This document shows, in pieces, positions 37,246-49,800 of a stretch of DNA of 64,000 nucleotides (the stretch's first letter is position 1; each line of letters begins with the position of its first letter). The position numbers were made by a program, and so were the translations under genes. Source of the stretch: a virus. The DNA lies in IMG/VR virus record IMGVR_UViG_3300030108_005626, positions 3,304-67,303 of that record; one strand, given 5' to 3'. The notes beneath the pieces are model-generated. The model was not told the DNA's origin and did no database searches. It saw only the letters and a list, made by a program, of their open reading frames with translations.

Positions 37246-39042
37246 ATGCCTGAAAGAAAACCAGCAATAAATTATACGAGTAGAGATTTTACAACCATAA
37301 AGAGTGACTTGGTTAATTATGCGAGAAGGTACTATCCTGATTCATTTAAAGATTTTACTGTAAATTCATTTGGTTCCTTAATGTTAGATACCGTGTCTTA
37401 CGTTGGTGACATTCTTTCTTTTTACTTAGATTATCAAGTTAATGAGACTTTTCTTTCAACTGCTACAGATTATGATAACGTGTTGAAAATATCTCGACAA
37501 CTTGGATTAAAACCAAATCTAGCACCGGCATCTTTCGGTTTTTTAACTTTTTTTATATTAGTACCGGCAACAAACAACGGCGGTCCAGATTTTGATTACG
37601 CCCCAATATTAAAATCAAATAGTCAATTTAGAAGCGCAGGCGGTAAAACGTTTACCTTGTTAGAAGATGTAAACTTTAAAGATTCCCAATCAAATGAAAT
37701 AGTTGTCGGTGAAGTTGACAATGATACAGGGGTACCAATTTCTTTTGCAGTTAGAGCTAGAGGTCAGGCAATATCAGGAGAACTTGCAGTACATCAGGCA
37801 AGAATTGGAGAGTTTGCAAAGTTTCAAAAAATCGAGGTACCGGGACAAAACATAACAGAAATTGTTTCTGTTATAGATTCAGATGGAAATCCTTATTTTG
37901 AGGTTGATTACTTATCTCAAAACACAATATACGTACCAGTAATAAATTCTGGTGAAGATAGTTCTACAGTGCCGAATATACTTAAACCGGTTGCAGTTCC
38001 AAGAAGATTTACAGTTATACAAGAAAGAGATAGTGTATTTTTACAATTCGGTTTTGGAAAAAATGAAGGGGTCGAAGAGGTTTTAGATCCTAGTAACATC
38101 TTAACGAAGACGCATGGAAAAAACTATATAACAGATGACTCTTTTGATCCTGCTTCTCTCATAAAAACAGATAGTTTGGGTATATCCCCAAACAACACGC
38201 TACTGACAATTGTTTATAGAATAAACGATTCTACTGCAACTAACACGGGTATTGGAACAATTACTAGCGTCGTAGATCCAATATTTTCTTTTGAAAGTCA
38301 AACTAGTTTAAACGCCAGTTCAGTATCTTCAGTTAGGAATAGTCTGGAAGTTATAAATGAGGAACCGTTTGTTGGAGGTGATGCACTGCCCACTTCTGAT
38401 GAATTAAAGCAGAGAGCTTATGGTGTGTACTCAATGCAAAATCGAATTGTTACGAAAGAAGATTTCATAACGGCAGCATACAACATGCCACCAAGTTTCG
38501 GTTCCATAAAGAAAGTCAATGTGTATCAAGATTCAGACAGTTTTAACCAAAGAAACATAAATCTATTTGTTTTATCACAAGATAATTTAGGTAATTTACA
38601 AAAAGCAAATAGCACTGTAAAAAGTAACTTAAAAACTTATCTAAGTAGACTTAAAATGATGAATGACACAATTGACATTTTAGATGCTAATATAATAAAT
38701 TTACAAATAAACTATAAAGTTGTTGGGTTTTCAGACGCAAGTAAATATTCTGTTTTAGATTCAGCAAAAGAAAGTTTAGCGAATTTCTTTCAAAGCAGAA
38801 AAAACTTTGATATTGGTGAACCATTTAGTATTACAGATGTGTTTTCAGTTTTAAAAAATTCACCTTTGGTTTTAGATGTTTTAGAAGTAGATGTAACTGT
38901 GCAAAGTGGACCTGATTATTCTAGTAGTAATTTTTCTACTATTTTAAACAAAACTAGAGACGGAAGAAAAATAAATTGTCCACCAGACTCTATCTTTGAA
39001 ATTAAATTTCCAAATACGGACATTGTAGGGACTATTCAATAA
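37246..39042 (+). CDS. Baseplate wedge subunit gp6-like
   Basis: YTSRDF.TIK..L, DF...S.G..., SYVGDILSFYLD...NE.FL.TA, QNRIVTKEDF. Confidence 0.9.
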   Translation: MPERKPAINYTSRDFTTIKSDLVNYARRYYPDSFKDFTVNSFGSLMLDTVSYVGDILSFYLDYQVNETFLSTATDYDNVLKISRQLGLKPNLAPASFGFLTFFILVPATNNGGPDFDYAPILKSNSQFRSAGGKTFTLLEDVNFKDSQSNEIVVGEVDNDTGVPISFAVRARGQAISGELAVHQARIGEFAKFQKIEVPGQNITEIVSVIDSDGNPYFEVDYLSQNTIYVPVINSGEDSSTVPNILKPVAVPRRFTVIQERDSVFLQFGFGKNEGVEEVLDPSNILTKTHGKNYITDDSFDPASLIKTDSLGISPNNTLLTIVYRINDSTATNTGIGTITSVVDPIFSFESQTSLNASSVSSVRNSLEVINEEPFVGGDALPTSDELKQRAYGVYSMQNRIVTKEDFITAAYNMPPSFGSIKKVNVYQDSDSFNQRNINLFVLSQDNLGNLQKANSTVKSNLKTYLSRLKMMNDTIDILDANIINLQINYKVVGFSDASKYSVLDSAKESLANFFQSRKNFDIGEPFSITDVFSVLKNSPLVLDVLEVDVTVQSGPDYSSSNFSTILNKTRDGRKINCPPDSIFEIKFPNTDIVGTIQ

Positions 39043-40874
39043 TGGCTATTAAAAGATATTATGCTACAAAAGACAATACAATAACAAATGCATTCAAATC
39101 AAATCTATCCATTCGCGGCGTCAGCGGTAACATGGGTCAATCTGATATTCTTGAAGTTTTTAGTATTTATGGACAGGTAAGTTCAAGTTCTGGACTGTCC
39201 TCTGAACTCGCACGTTTATTGATACAATTTGATACTACAGCAATAAATAGTGATAGAACTAGTGGTGTTATACCTGCTTCTGGAAATGTTAATTTCTTTT
39301 TAACCATGTATGATGCAGAGCACACACAAACTACACCAAGAAACTACACATTGGTAGTTCAACCAATATCTCAATCTTGGAATGAAGGTCTTGGTTTGGA
39401 TATGGAGGAATACACAGATTTAGATGCGTCAAACTATCTTTCTGCTTCCAGCGGTGTCCCTTGGGCAGAAAATCCAGGAAGGTCAACCGCTCTGATAACG
39501 GTGACAAGTCACGGATCGGTAGGTAATAACGAAACCTTCGTCTTGGTAGATGCCGCTGGGGTTTCTACAACATACCAATTTAAATCTGCTGTACCTTTCG
39601 GTTCACAACCAGGAGGCGCTGCAGGAGGAACCGTAGAACTGGGATTTGGAGGCGCAAGCAGTAATGCAAACATTGCATCAGCAATCTCTGCGTCAATTGC
39701 TGCAACTACAAACGCAGGGTTCACTGCTGTAGTAACTGACAGTACCAAAGTCACAGTCACTCAAACAACTGCTGGTACAGTAGGAAATAGAGATAATACA
39801 GATGGCGTTAACGGCGTTACAGTAGGTAATTTCACAGGCGGCGCCAATGTTGAAGGTGGTAGTTATGTTGACAGCAGTGAGTATACTTTCACCCAATCGT
39901 TTGATACGGGATTTGAAAATTTAGAAGTTGATGTTAGTCACTTGGTTGAAGATTGGATCAAGGGAGATTTAACCAATTACGGTTTTGGGGTTCGTCTTAC
40001 GGGATCTAATGAGACAGCAACAGAATCTTTTTATACTAAAATGTTTTTTGCTCGTGGATCTGAATTTTTTCATAAAAGACCGGTCCTTGAAGCAAGATTT
40101 GACGATAGTAAAAAAGATAATCGTGGAGATTTTTTCCTTAGTTCATCACTTGTTCCTGCGTCCGATAACTTAATGAATCTTTATTTGTATAATGTTGTTA
40201 GAGGACAATTAACTGATATACCGGCAGTAGGCGCCAATGAGATGGAGGTCAGCATATATAGCGGAACAACAGCACCTACAGGTGACAAACTATTCTTGCC
40301 TAAAGGTGGAGGCGTAAAAGCAACCGGTCATATAAATATAACTGCATCACATGTCGAAACTGGTATATATTCTTGCTCATTTGCGTATGTTTCATCAAGC
40401 ATAACTAGTATATTTGATGTTTGGCACAGCGGAGGTATAGAGTACCACACTGGATCTGAGGTAAGTGTTAAAACTTTCGATAGTCAAGATTATAATTTTG
40501 ATCAAAGATATGTTTCTAAAGTTATTAATTTACGTGCAATCTACGGTAGAGGTGAAAAGGTAAGATTTAGACTCTATACTCGTCAAAAAGATTGGTCCCC
40601 AACTATTTATACAGTAGCGAATAGCAAAATAGAAACAAGTATAATTGATAATACTTACTATCGTTTTACTCGCGTGAGCGATAATTTAAATGTTATTCCT
40701 TTTGGGACTGGTTCCCTAAACCACACTCGGTTGTCTTATGATACGAGTGGTAGTTACTTTGATCTAGAAATGGACTTATTTGATACTGACACAGTTTACG
40801 AATTAAGTTTTGCATATCTAATCAATGGAAGTTATGTTGAACAACCAGAAAGGTTTAGGTTTAGAGTAGAGTAA
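39042..40874 (+). CDS. Virion structural protein with an inserted Ala/Gly/Thr-rich domain
   Basis: Coupled to gp6; KDNTI...SWNEG.G...NYGFG...P.LE.RFDD pattern; rich in TGS/SAS. Confidence 0.65.
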   Translation: MAIKRYYATKDNTITNAFKSNLSIRGVSGNMGQSDILEVFSIYGQVSSSSGLSSELARLLIQFDTTAINSDRTSGVIPASGNVNFFLTMYDAEHTQTTPRNYTLVVQPISQSWNEGLGLDMEEYTDLDASNYLSASSGVPWAENPGRSTALITVTSHGSVGNNETFVLVDAAGVSTTYQFKSAVPFGSQPGGAAGGTVELGFGGASSNANIASAISASIAATTNAGFTAVVTDSTKVTVTQTTAGTVGNRDNTDGVNGVTVGNFTGGANVEGGSYVDSSEYTFTQSFDTGFENLEVDVSHLVEDWIKGDLTNYGFGVRLTGSNETATESFYTKMFFARGSEFFHKRPVLEARFDDSKKDNRGDFFLSSSLVPASDNLMNLYLYNVVRGQLTDIPAVGANEMEVSIYSGTTAPTGDKLFLPKGGGVKATGHINITASHVETGIYSCSFAYVSSSITSIFDVWHSGGIEYHTGSEVSVKTFDSQDYNFDQRYVSKVINLRAIYGRGEKVRFRLYTRQKDWSPTIYTVANSKIETSIIDNTYYRFTRVSDNLNVIPFGTGSLNHTRLSYDTSGSYFDLEMDLFDTDTVYELSFAYLINGSYVEQPERFRFRVE

Positions 40875-40875
40875 T

Positions 40876-43800
40876 ATGTCCTTAAAAGATTTATTTAAAG
40901 AACAAAAATATAAATTCTTATCAAATGAAACTGCTAATTCTTTAACAGGTAGCGGCATTGAGTCTGCTGAGTATGTTTCTACTTTTTTAGAAGACGAAAA
41001 TCGTTTTATACCATTAGTAGATTATTCAAAACCAGAAAACTTCGCCAGATTTGGTTCTGCAGAAAAATACTATTATGATTCTATAACAAGAGTTTACAAC
41101 ACTTATCCTTATGATGGTTCCAAAAAAGAAAAAATACTTTGGGAACTTTCCTCTTCAGGAATAGATCTTTACCTTTTTGAAAATGGATATCCAAGAACAA
41201 CCGGATATGCAGTATTTTCAACAGCTAGTCTATCAGCAACAGATACTTCAACAAATTATTCAGTTTGGGGTTCGTATGGTGCTGCTGGAACTGGAACTTA
41301 TGAATACGTATCCTTTAACGGAGGTCCCCACGCAGGCATTGGTTCTAAGATATATTTAGATCCGGAGTCTGGAGAGGCAAAATATAGAGAAAAAGCAAAC
41401 GTATTTGATACATCTAAAAATAGAGAATGCAACTTAAAAATAGGTGGAGTTGATGGCAACACCGTAGAGTTTTGGTTAAAAAAGGAAGATTTTAACCCTG
41501 CAGCAACCCAAACCGAAGTTGTATTTGATATCTTTACCACATCCTCGATATCATCTAGCGCAGGTTATGGTCGTTTAACAATTGAAATGTCTGGTCACGG
41601 CGCAACGACTAATACGCGCTCTCCCTTTTATGTAACGTACATGTCAGGAACATCTGGTATATCTAAGCAGAATATTGGTTCTTCGCTAACCACTTCATCA
41701 ATCGCTGATGATCAATGGCATCATTATTCTTTTAGATTTAAAAATGTTGCTGATGACGTATCAGTGGATCTTTTTGTTGATGGAATATTTAACCACAATG
41801 TAACAACCGGTACTCCGATAAATTATGTTAGTGGCACTTTGGTTGGTAATATTGGCGCACTTGCGACACATCCATCTGGTAATATTTCCGGAGCACCACG
41901 CGCAGAAAAAGGTTGGGGAAAATTATCAGGTTCACTGGATGAGTTTAGATTTTGGAAAGTTTGGAGAAATTCACAACAAGTTCAAACTCGATGGTTTGAT
42001 CAAGTCGGCGGCGGAACGAACACGGAAGATGCAAACACCACTTTAGGTTTATACTATAAATTTAACGAAGGTATAACTTTAACTTCATCAATAGATTCTA
42101 CAGTGTTGGATTACTCCGGAAGACTGAGTAATGGATCTTGGACGGGATATTCTTCTGTTCACTCTAGAAAGACGGGATCTGCTATAAACGAATCTCAATC
42201 TCTACTTACTAACTTTTCTGGTAGTGAGTTTAAAGATCCGATAATATATTCATTTCACCCTGATGTTGTTACATATCTAGATACTAAAAGAAAGGAGGGT
42301 CGCTCATACGATTACAAAAACCCATCCTCCATATATTACACAATGCCGGGATGGATTTTAGATGCCCACGACACTGCAGATTTAAGTAACGATGGAATAA
42401 TAAATAATTCACTCTGGAATTTAACTCAGATTATGAGTAGTTATTTTGACAATGCCGCTAATATGATGAAATCAATGCCATCTTTGGCGCAAAATGATTA
42501 CTTTAGTGGGTCACAAAAACCAGTTCCATTTATGGGAAGAATTCTAGAATCTAAAGGATTTGTTGCTCCAGAGTTATTCAACGCGATTGAATCTTTAGAA
42601 TATTTTGAAGACAGAGATAAAAACACATTATACACAGAAAAAGTATCTGATATTAAAAATATTATTTATAAAAATATCTATAACAATTTAACCTTTATAA
42701 ACAAATCAAAAGGAACTGAAAAATCATTTAGAAATTTAATACGTTGTTTTGGAATTGATGATAACATTTATAAGTTAAACATTTACTCTAACAATGTTGA
42801 TTTTGTTTTAGAAAATAATTTTAGATCTGTGGCACAGCGTCATAGAATGGTTAACTTTAATGTTACTGGTAATATTGATGCAACTGTATTTCAATATTCA
42901 AGTAGTTTAAATTCGAACTCAACAACTTTTATTTCAGCAAGTAAGAATTTTACACCTGAGACATCACAAGAGTCTAGTATGCCATTTAGTGTAGAATCAA
43001 ACATTGTTTTTCCAAATAGAGTAAGGCAAGGTGAGTACCACACGATTAGATATGACGATCCGAAAGTAAGAAATAATTATCCACTAATACTAACTTCTAG
43101 TTTGTTTGGTATGCATACTGCGGTAGACACAACCCCTGCAAAAACAACATGGAACACGAATGATTATGCAAACTTTATTGTTTTTGCTGAAAAACCTTCG
43201 ACTTTTTCTAGTGATGCTAAATTTATTCTTACTGGAACGCTGGGCGGGTTTATACCGGAATTAAGTTCAACAGTCTATACGGATGTATATAAAGATACAA
43301 ATTGGAGTTTCTTAGTTTCATTATATCCGGAGGCATATCCAAATGCAAATGAAGTATCAGGAACACTAACCAACACAAACGCAGTTGGTACTAATATATT
43401 ACTAAGTTTCACTGGTCAGGCACAAAACGATAGATTTAAAATTAATGTGCCTGTGGCAGCAGGGGGAACTGGAAATGACATCACCATTAGATTACTTGAA
43501 GCTGCCACGCCATCTGCCGGTACAGCAAATGAGATACAAGTTAAAGGTTCGGCACCACTAGCAGTTAACTCAACTGCCACTAGAATTGTAGCAGCAATTA
43601 ATGGAAGCAGCGATACATCAATTATTCAGTACGGCGCCGGTTCTGGTGATGCCACAAACGGTATTGCAGGAATTACTGCTGCTATTGGTTCCACACCAGA
43701 TGATATAACGATTACAGCAGATATCACCGGTTCTATAGGAAATTCTATTACATTAACTGACATTGAAGGAACTTTTGTTGAAGACGGTGCAACTGGTGCA

Positions 43801-46800
43801 TCTCCTGCAACTCTCGTAGGCGGCAAACTTTTAAATACAAGATATGTAGTTGAATTTTCAGGTATCAGTAAAGTGCTCGATACTACCATGCATCAGTTTA
43901 CTGTAACGGGATCTATAACACACCAAAATGCGGTCAACTTCTTGGCATCCCCAAAGAGGATGTTTGTTGGATCACACAGAACAAATTTCTCTGGAGGGTT
44001 GTTAACCCCAACTGATGTTAAGTTTAACACCTTAAGAGTTTGGCAAAATAAGTTGACCATGGACGATTTGAGCATTCATGCGTCTGATCCAAATAACTAC
44101 AGTATAAAAAATCCAGCTCAAAATGCATACTTATTTAATCGATCAATTAATCATGTCTATGTTCCCAACAAAGAGACACTTTTGTTACATTGGAACTTTG
44201 ATAATGTTACAGGTTCAGATTCAAGTGGAGAGTTTATTGTAGAAGATTTAACATCAGGTTCCGCAAATCAGATGCCTAGATATGGATTTTTATCTAATAT
44301 AGTTAATAAGCAATTTACAGGGTTAGGTGTTCAGTTTAATCAAAGTAGCACCGATGCGATTATTATAGATGAAATCGTCTCTGCTAAACCAAGTATACCA
44401 GAAGTGTTAAGTTCTGAAGATACTATTAAAATATTAGAAAATGATGATAAGTATTTTCAAAGAGATTCTAGACCAACGTTTTTTGATTTATATATAGAGA
44501 AAAGTCCTTATCAAAACATATCTGACGAAATGCTTAAGTTCATGTCTACTGTCGTAGATTTTAACAATTTGATAGGTCAAGGTGTTGATAGATATCGTAG
44601 TGAATATAAATTATTAAACATATTAAGACAGTTGTTTTTTCAGAGAATGGACGCACCGAACATAGATAAATATATTGAATACTTTAAATGGTTTGATCTT
44701 GCGGTAGGTGCCATGATCCAAAAATTAGCACCTATGTCTTCTGGTCTAGATGAAAGACCGCTAAAGAATATAATAGAATCACACATTCTAGAAAGAAACA
44801 AATATCAGTCTAAATTTCCAACTTATGAATTTAAACAAACTGATCCTGAAGGTCGACTACTTGGTGTTAATGAGATGTTGTATCCTTGGAAAGAGGGTCA
44901 CGCCCCGTTGAACGCATCAGCCGGCGACCAGAGTGAAAATTGTCAGTGGTTTAAAGAACGAGCAGAAAGAAATGATATCGTTAGCAGTGGCGACACAGAT
45001 ATAGATTCAGATAGACAAGAAATATTAGATTTAATAAATAATTTAAACAATGCATCTGCTCCAAACTTTAGTGACGGTAGCACTACGTATCAAGGGTCAA
45101 CATTTGCTTTGCGAAGATTTGCAAGACCATATAAAGTTCGTGCTAATAATGTGTCTGCTATTCACGGCGGCGGCAATGCACATGAAAATAAAAAAGTTGG
45201 ATTTTGGGATTCAATTAGAAAGCGTCCGACCACATCTACTCCTGGCGAGGGAGCTTTAATATCTATCGAACCACCTGATTCACAATTAGAATCATTCAAA
45301 GATTGCGATGACAATTTAGAGTTGAATAGAGGCAAAAGAAAATACAAGTTTTCAGTAGGTACTGCTAATGACGGTGCAGAAGAATTTACTGATATATTTA
45401 AAGGCGATTTGGTTTTCCCATTTAGTATATACAGTTCCTCTGTTACTTCTAATCCTGCCATGGCTGACGTCATAGACGATTTTCAAACAAATCTTGCAAT
45501 TACAAATTTACATCACGATAATTACGGACCTTTCAATGATGTTCCCATGCAGGGACCGTTTACAGAAAAATACGTAGGTGGTAGACCTTATCGCCACGTT
45601 ATGACAAACTTTACACCTGATAATCAGCAACCGGATGACGAAGGTGAAAGACTAGAGGGTTGGAGACTTACAGGATCGTATACTGCTTTGGATTTGGTTA
45701 ACGTGTCCGTTCACAATCCAAAATCTGTTTATTTTAGAGAAGAATATGCAAAAAGACCAGTAAACATTAAGAACATCAGACAATTAACTGGTGCGGCAGA
45801 AACAGAAGACCAGTTTACCGACGCATCTGCTGTTACAAAAATAGGAAATTACACAAAAGATTATGAAATTGTAATGACTAATGATCGCTTAACAAATAAT
45901 AGATATTTTGTAAAGTCCGAGGGAGAGTTACCAACAACAACTTTTCAGTCTACATATGTTTCTGGGGTAATAGACTTTGTAATACCAAGAAGAGATCTAA
46001 CTGGTTCAAATAAATTTGTCATCGTTAATAGATTTTCCGCACCAGGAGATGTTGCAACTATGTGTGAGGGTATGTTAGATGTAACATCAGGTCAATATAG
46101 TGTTCACAATGCATTGTCATTTAGAAATCTTTCTGTGAGAATGCCGTTAAACGAATTACATTCAAATCATGCAAACCAATTTGGGTTATATAGTGATCAG
46201 TTTACTGTTTCTGCATTTGAAATAGCGGGAGAAACTTTTCTTAGAGGATCGTCATCGATTAACGATCCTAATGCGGATTTACTTTATATTGGAACCGGGT
46301 CATTTCACAAAGTTAATAGAAACACTAGACCACGACCAAACTTTTCAAACGAGTTAAGCACTTATGAAAATTTAGGAATTGTTTCTGATTCCTCATCTTT
46401 TGATAACTTTTTTGTGCAACATCAGATACCCCAAACAGACACTCAGTATGCTTGGATTACGGCGAGTTTAATCGAGAACTATGACGGTTCTGCTCTTTTC
46501 GGATTTGAGCAACCAGACTTTAAAAATGCTAGTCTCGCCTCTACCGATTTAACTTTTGCGACCGCTTCTAATTCTGGTAGTCAAAATATAAAAGTAGATT
46601 TTGTTGGATTGAATACTTTAGTAATTGATAATATTTTTTCAACATCTAATACCATATCTAGCTCTGATTATTATAACGACGCAATTGAGAGTTTAGATGA
46701 TGCGCTCACCACCAATGCGATACTCTCTCACAGAGGAGGTCCTGCGGGCGCCGCCAGCTGGAAGCTTTATAAAAAAGACAATCACCCAATTGTAAGAACA

Positions 46801-49800
46801 CACAGAAGCGAAAATAGATTAAGTTATCTTCAAGATGACGGTTCACCAACCTTAACTTTAACTTCTACAATCGAACCGGTAATTACGAGCAAGCACAAAC
46901 CGTTAACACATACACTTATGGTTAAACAAGGCATAACTACTAATCCAGAAAACTTAAAGTTGGAAGAGTTAACTGTTCAACACACTTATCTAAACAATAT
47001 TAAGTTTTTTACAAATCACGCACAAGATGGTTTTACTTTGGATAATAAAATTTTATCTAATCAAAACATTAAAGCAAATCAAGAAATGTTAGATGTTATC
47101 AATTATTATCTTTATAGAGCAGGTGATTTTGCGGGTGTACCAGAACTTAACCCTATAAGTGAATTGATAAGTTACACTGTTAAAGAAACAGTTTTTCCGA
47201 AAGAACAGTTTACGTACTTATCTAAAGTTAGAGATAGAGAAAACTTTGCTAGTGTATTTTGGAAAGGCGAATCATCAGATATTAAATCACAAAAGTTAAG
47301 ACTGCAAGAAAATCCAACAAGTGCATTATCATTTACGATTCCAACACAAAGTATCTTTTCAATGGATGCAAGGTTTAATATTACTACTGCTGCACCACAA
47401 ACCGGTGGTTTTGATGGCGGTGGAGAACTTCAAAACAACGGTGTCGTGTTTTTAGATAAAAATGGAAACCACTTTGTAAGTCCTCTTTATGCCTTACCAA
47501 TGAGTAGTTCTGATGGCGTATTTATTGACACCGCATGGGATGCTGGACTTCAATCCGGTCTTAATCCCTCCTACACCACATATGCAGACTATGCAAATGA
47601 AATAAGAAGAATAGGAAAAGATTATTCCATCTTACCAGAGTTTAGAATATCCGAATACATAGCAGATTATATTGAAAGTGGTTTTGATATTGATGCTAGG
47701 AATCCAAAAATTAACCCAACTAAACCTTTCTTGGATTTAACTGGGTCATCTGTGTTGGATGCGACAAATCCAGAATTCTATAAAATTTACAACACAAGCG
47801 ACTTATTACAATTTTTCGATGTTAGACCCGAGACTAATGATGGCACAGCGATTGATAGTATCACTATGAAGTGTAGATCTTTAATAAAATTCTTGCCTTA
47901 TGATGGTTTTTATCCTGCACAAAGAACAGTGCAACTGGCAAGTCTTTTTGATTCTTGTTTTCTCGGTAGTGCGGCGTCTGGATCGAAAAGAGCAGGGTTA
48001 ACACCTTTCTTTGCACCGGGAATCATGTATAACTCGATTAAAGCAGGAATCGCAGTTGATTTCCCAATGCCTGCAAATACTTCTTATCTCACTGGAACGA
48101 ATAGCGGAAGACCATATTATCTCAACACACAAACATGGAAAAGAATACCATTTGAAGCGATTATAAATCCAGAAAGTAAATTGTCTGCGGGGGCAACAAC
48201 CTGGTATGATCTTTTTATAGAAGATCCCGGCAGAGAGGACCAAGATGGCGTAGGTCACACATCAAAATTACGATCGTCACTACAGTCATATACGTTTTCG
48301 AAATCGACCACGACTAGTCCCTTGCTATATACACTTGCTTCAAATAACTTTTTTGCTGAAACGATTAATTTCTTTTTGCCTCAAGGTAAAATGACCACTT
48401 TAACTTCTTTGCCTTCGACCCATCCTTCATTTGGATTTAATTCGGATAAAATTATAAGTCAAGACGGCACTCCTTTTGAAGAATATCAAATGCAAATTAG
48501 AATATCTGACAGTCCTAATTTCAAAAGTGAACCTCTTGCTTTTACAAATTACAATAAATTAAATGCATATGGTCTGTCAATTGGTGGTTTTGCAAGCGAT
48601 TACTCAGCGTTTGTTCCACTTTACAGAAATTTTCGTTCGGACACTAACACCGGTGCAGGTACTTTAATATTGAAGTATCGACCTGTCGATCCTACAGTTA
48701 TTGATTATTACGATATAGATGAAATTATGAACGGTTTAACCGCAAGTTTCGTACCGACTGGTCTTGGAGGAAATAACTTTTCACAGCACTTTACGTCTTC
48801 ATTCAACATTGGCAAATCTAGAATTTTAGAAGTGGACTTCGACGCAATAACTGGTGAAGCAATAACTGTAAAGAAAACATCAAACACCGTTGAAGTTATG
48901 CTTATTGAACCTAAGTGGGAATGCCCAATGTTGAACTTTGCTGACGTTACTCAAAGCACAGTAGCAGCGACTGGTGACACTGGTAGAGTTGGTATGTGGC
49001 ACCAGTATGGCGGTATAGACGAAAACAATGGAGTTTTCTTGTCTATCGCTGACGGTAGTGCTGTCGATAATAAAACCATAGGATCTTTAGCAGACCTTCT
49101 CGGTTTTGATAAAACAGGCGGTAAAGATCCTAAACGTCTTGGCAAAATTGCTTCGAATAAAGAAATTAGCGAAGCTGTTGTTGCAATCCCGTTTAGAGTT
49201 GTTGGAGGAAATAAAGTAACATTTAAAATCGACAGAGGTAAAATTAGGATGGCAGAAATGCTCTTGAACGGGGCGGACCTCGGCGGCGCAGAGCATCCAG
49301 ATCAAAGCATAATTGATATGGTTGACAAAATGAAAAGGTATATGATACCACCCCATATGGATTTTATGACATATCACGATATCGCCAAACCCGGCGAGAT
49401 CATGGAACAAATTCCTGGTGGACCTTTTGCAATGTATATTTTTGAATTTAAACAGACGCTAACACAACAAGATTTAGCAAACATTTGGCAGAACTTACCG
49501 CCAACTTCAATAGGTGCAGCGCCTTTCTATCATGAAAGCGATGAGGTAACAATATCTCACAAGGTATTTAATTCTCTAAAATTAAATTTAATAAACGGTA
49601 AAGAAATAATTGGCAACAAAGAACAGATTGCCAAATCACAACAGTATGTAGAAGACATTCAGTGGATGGTTTTCAAAGTTAAAAAGCGTGCAGCAACTAA
49701 TTATTTTGAAAAGACAACCGATTTAGATGATGGCGGTCAATTTGATTTTAAATTTGCAAACCAGGAAGAGTTTCCAAATATTACATACAACTGGCCATAT

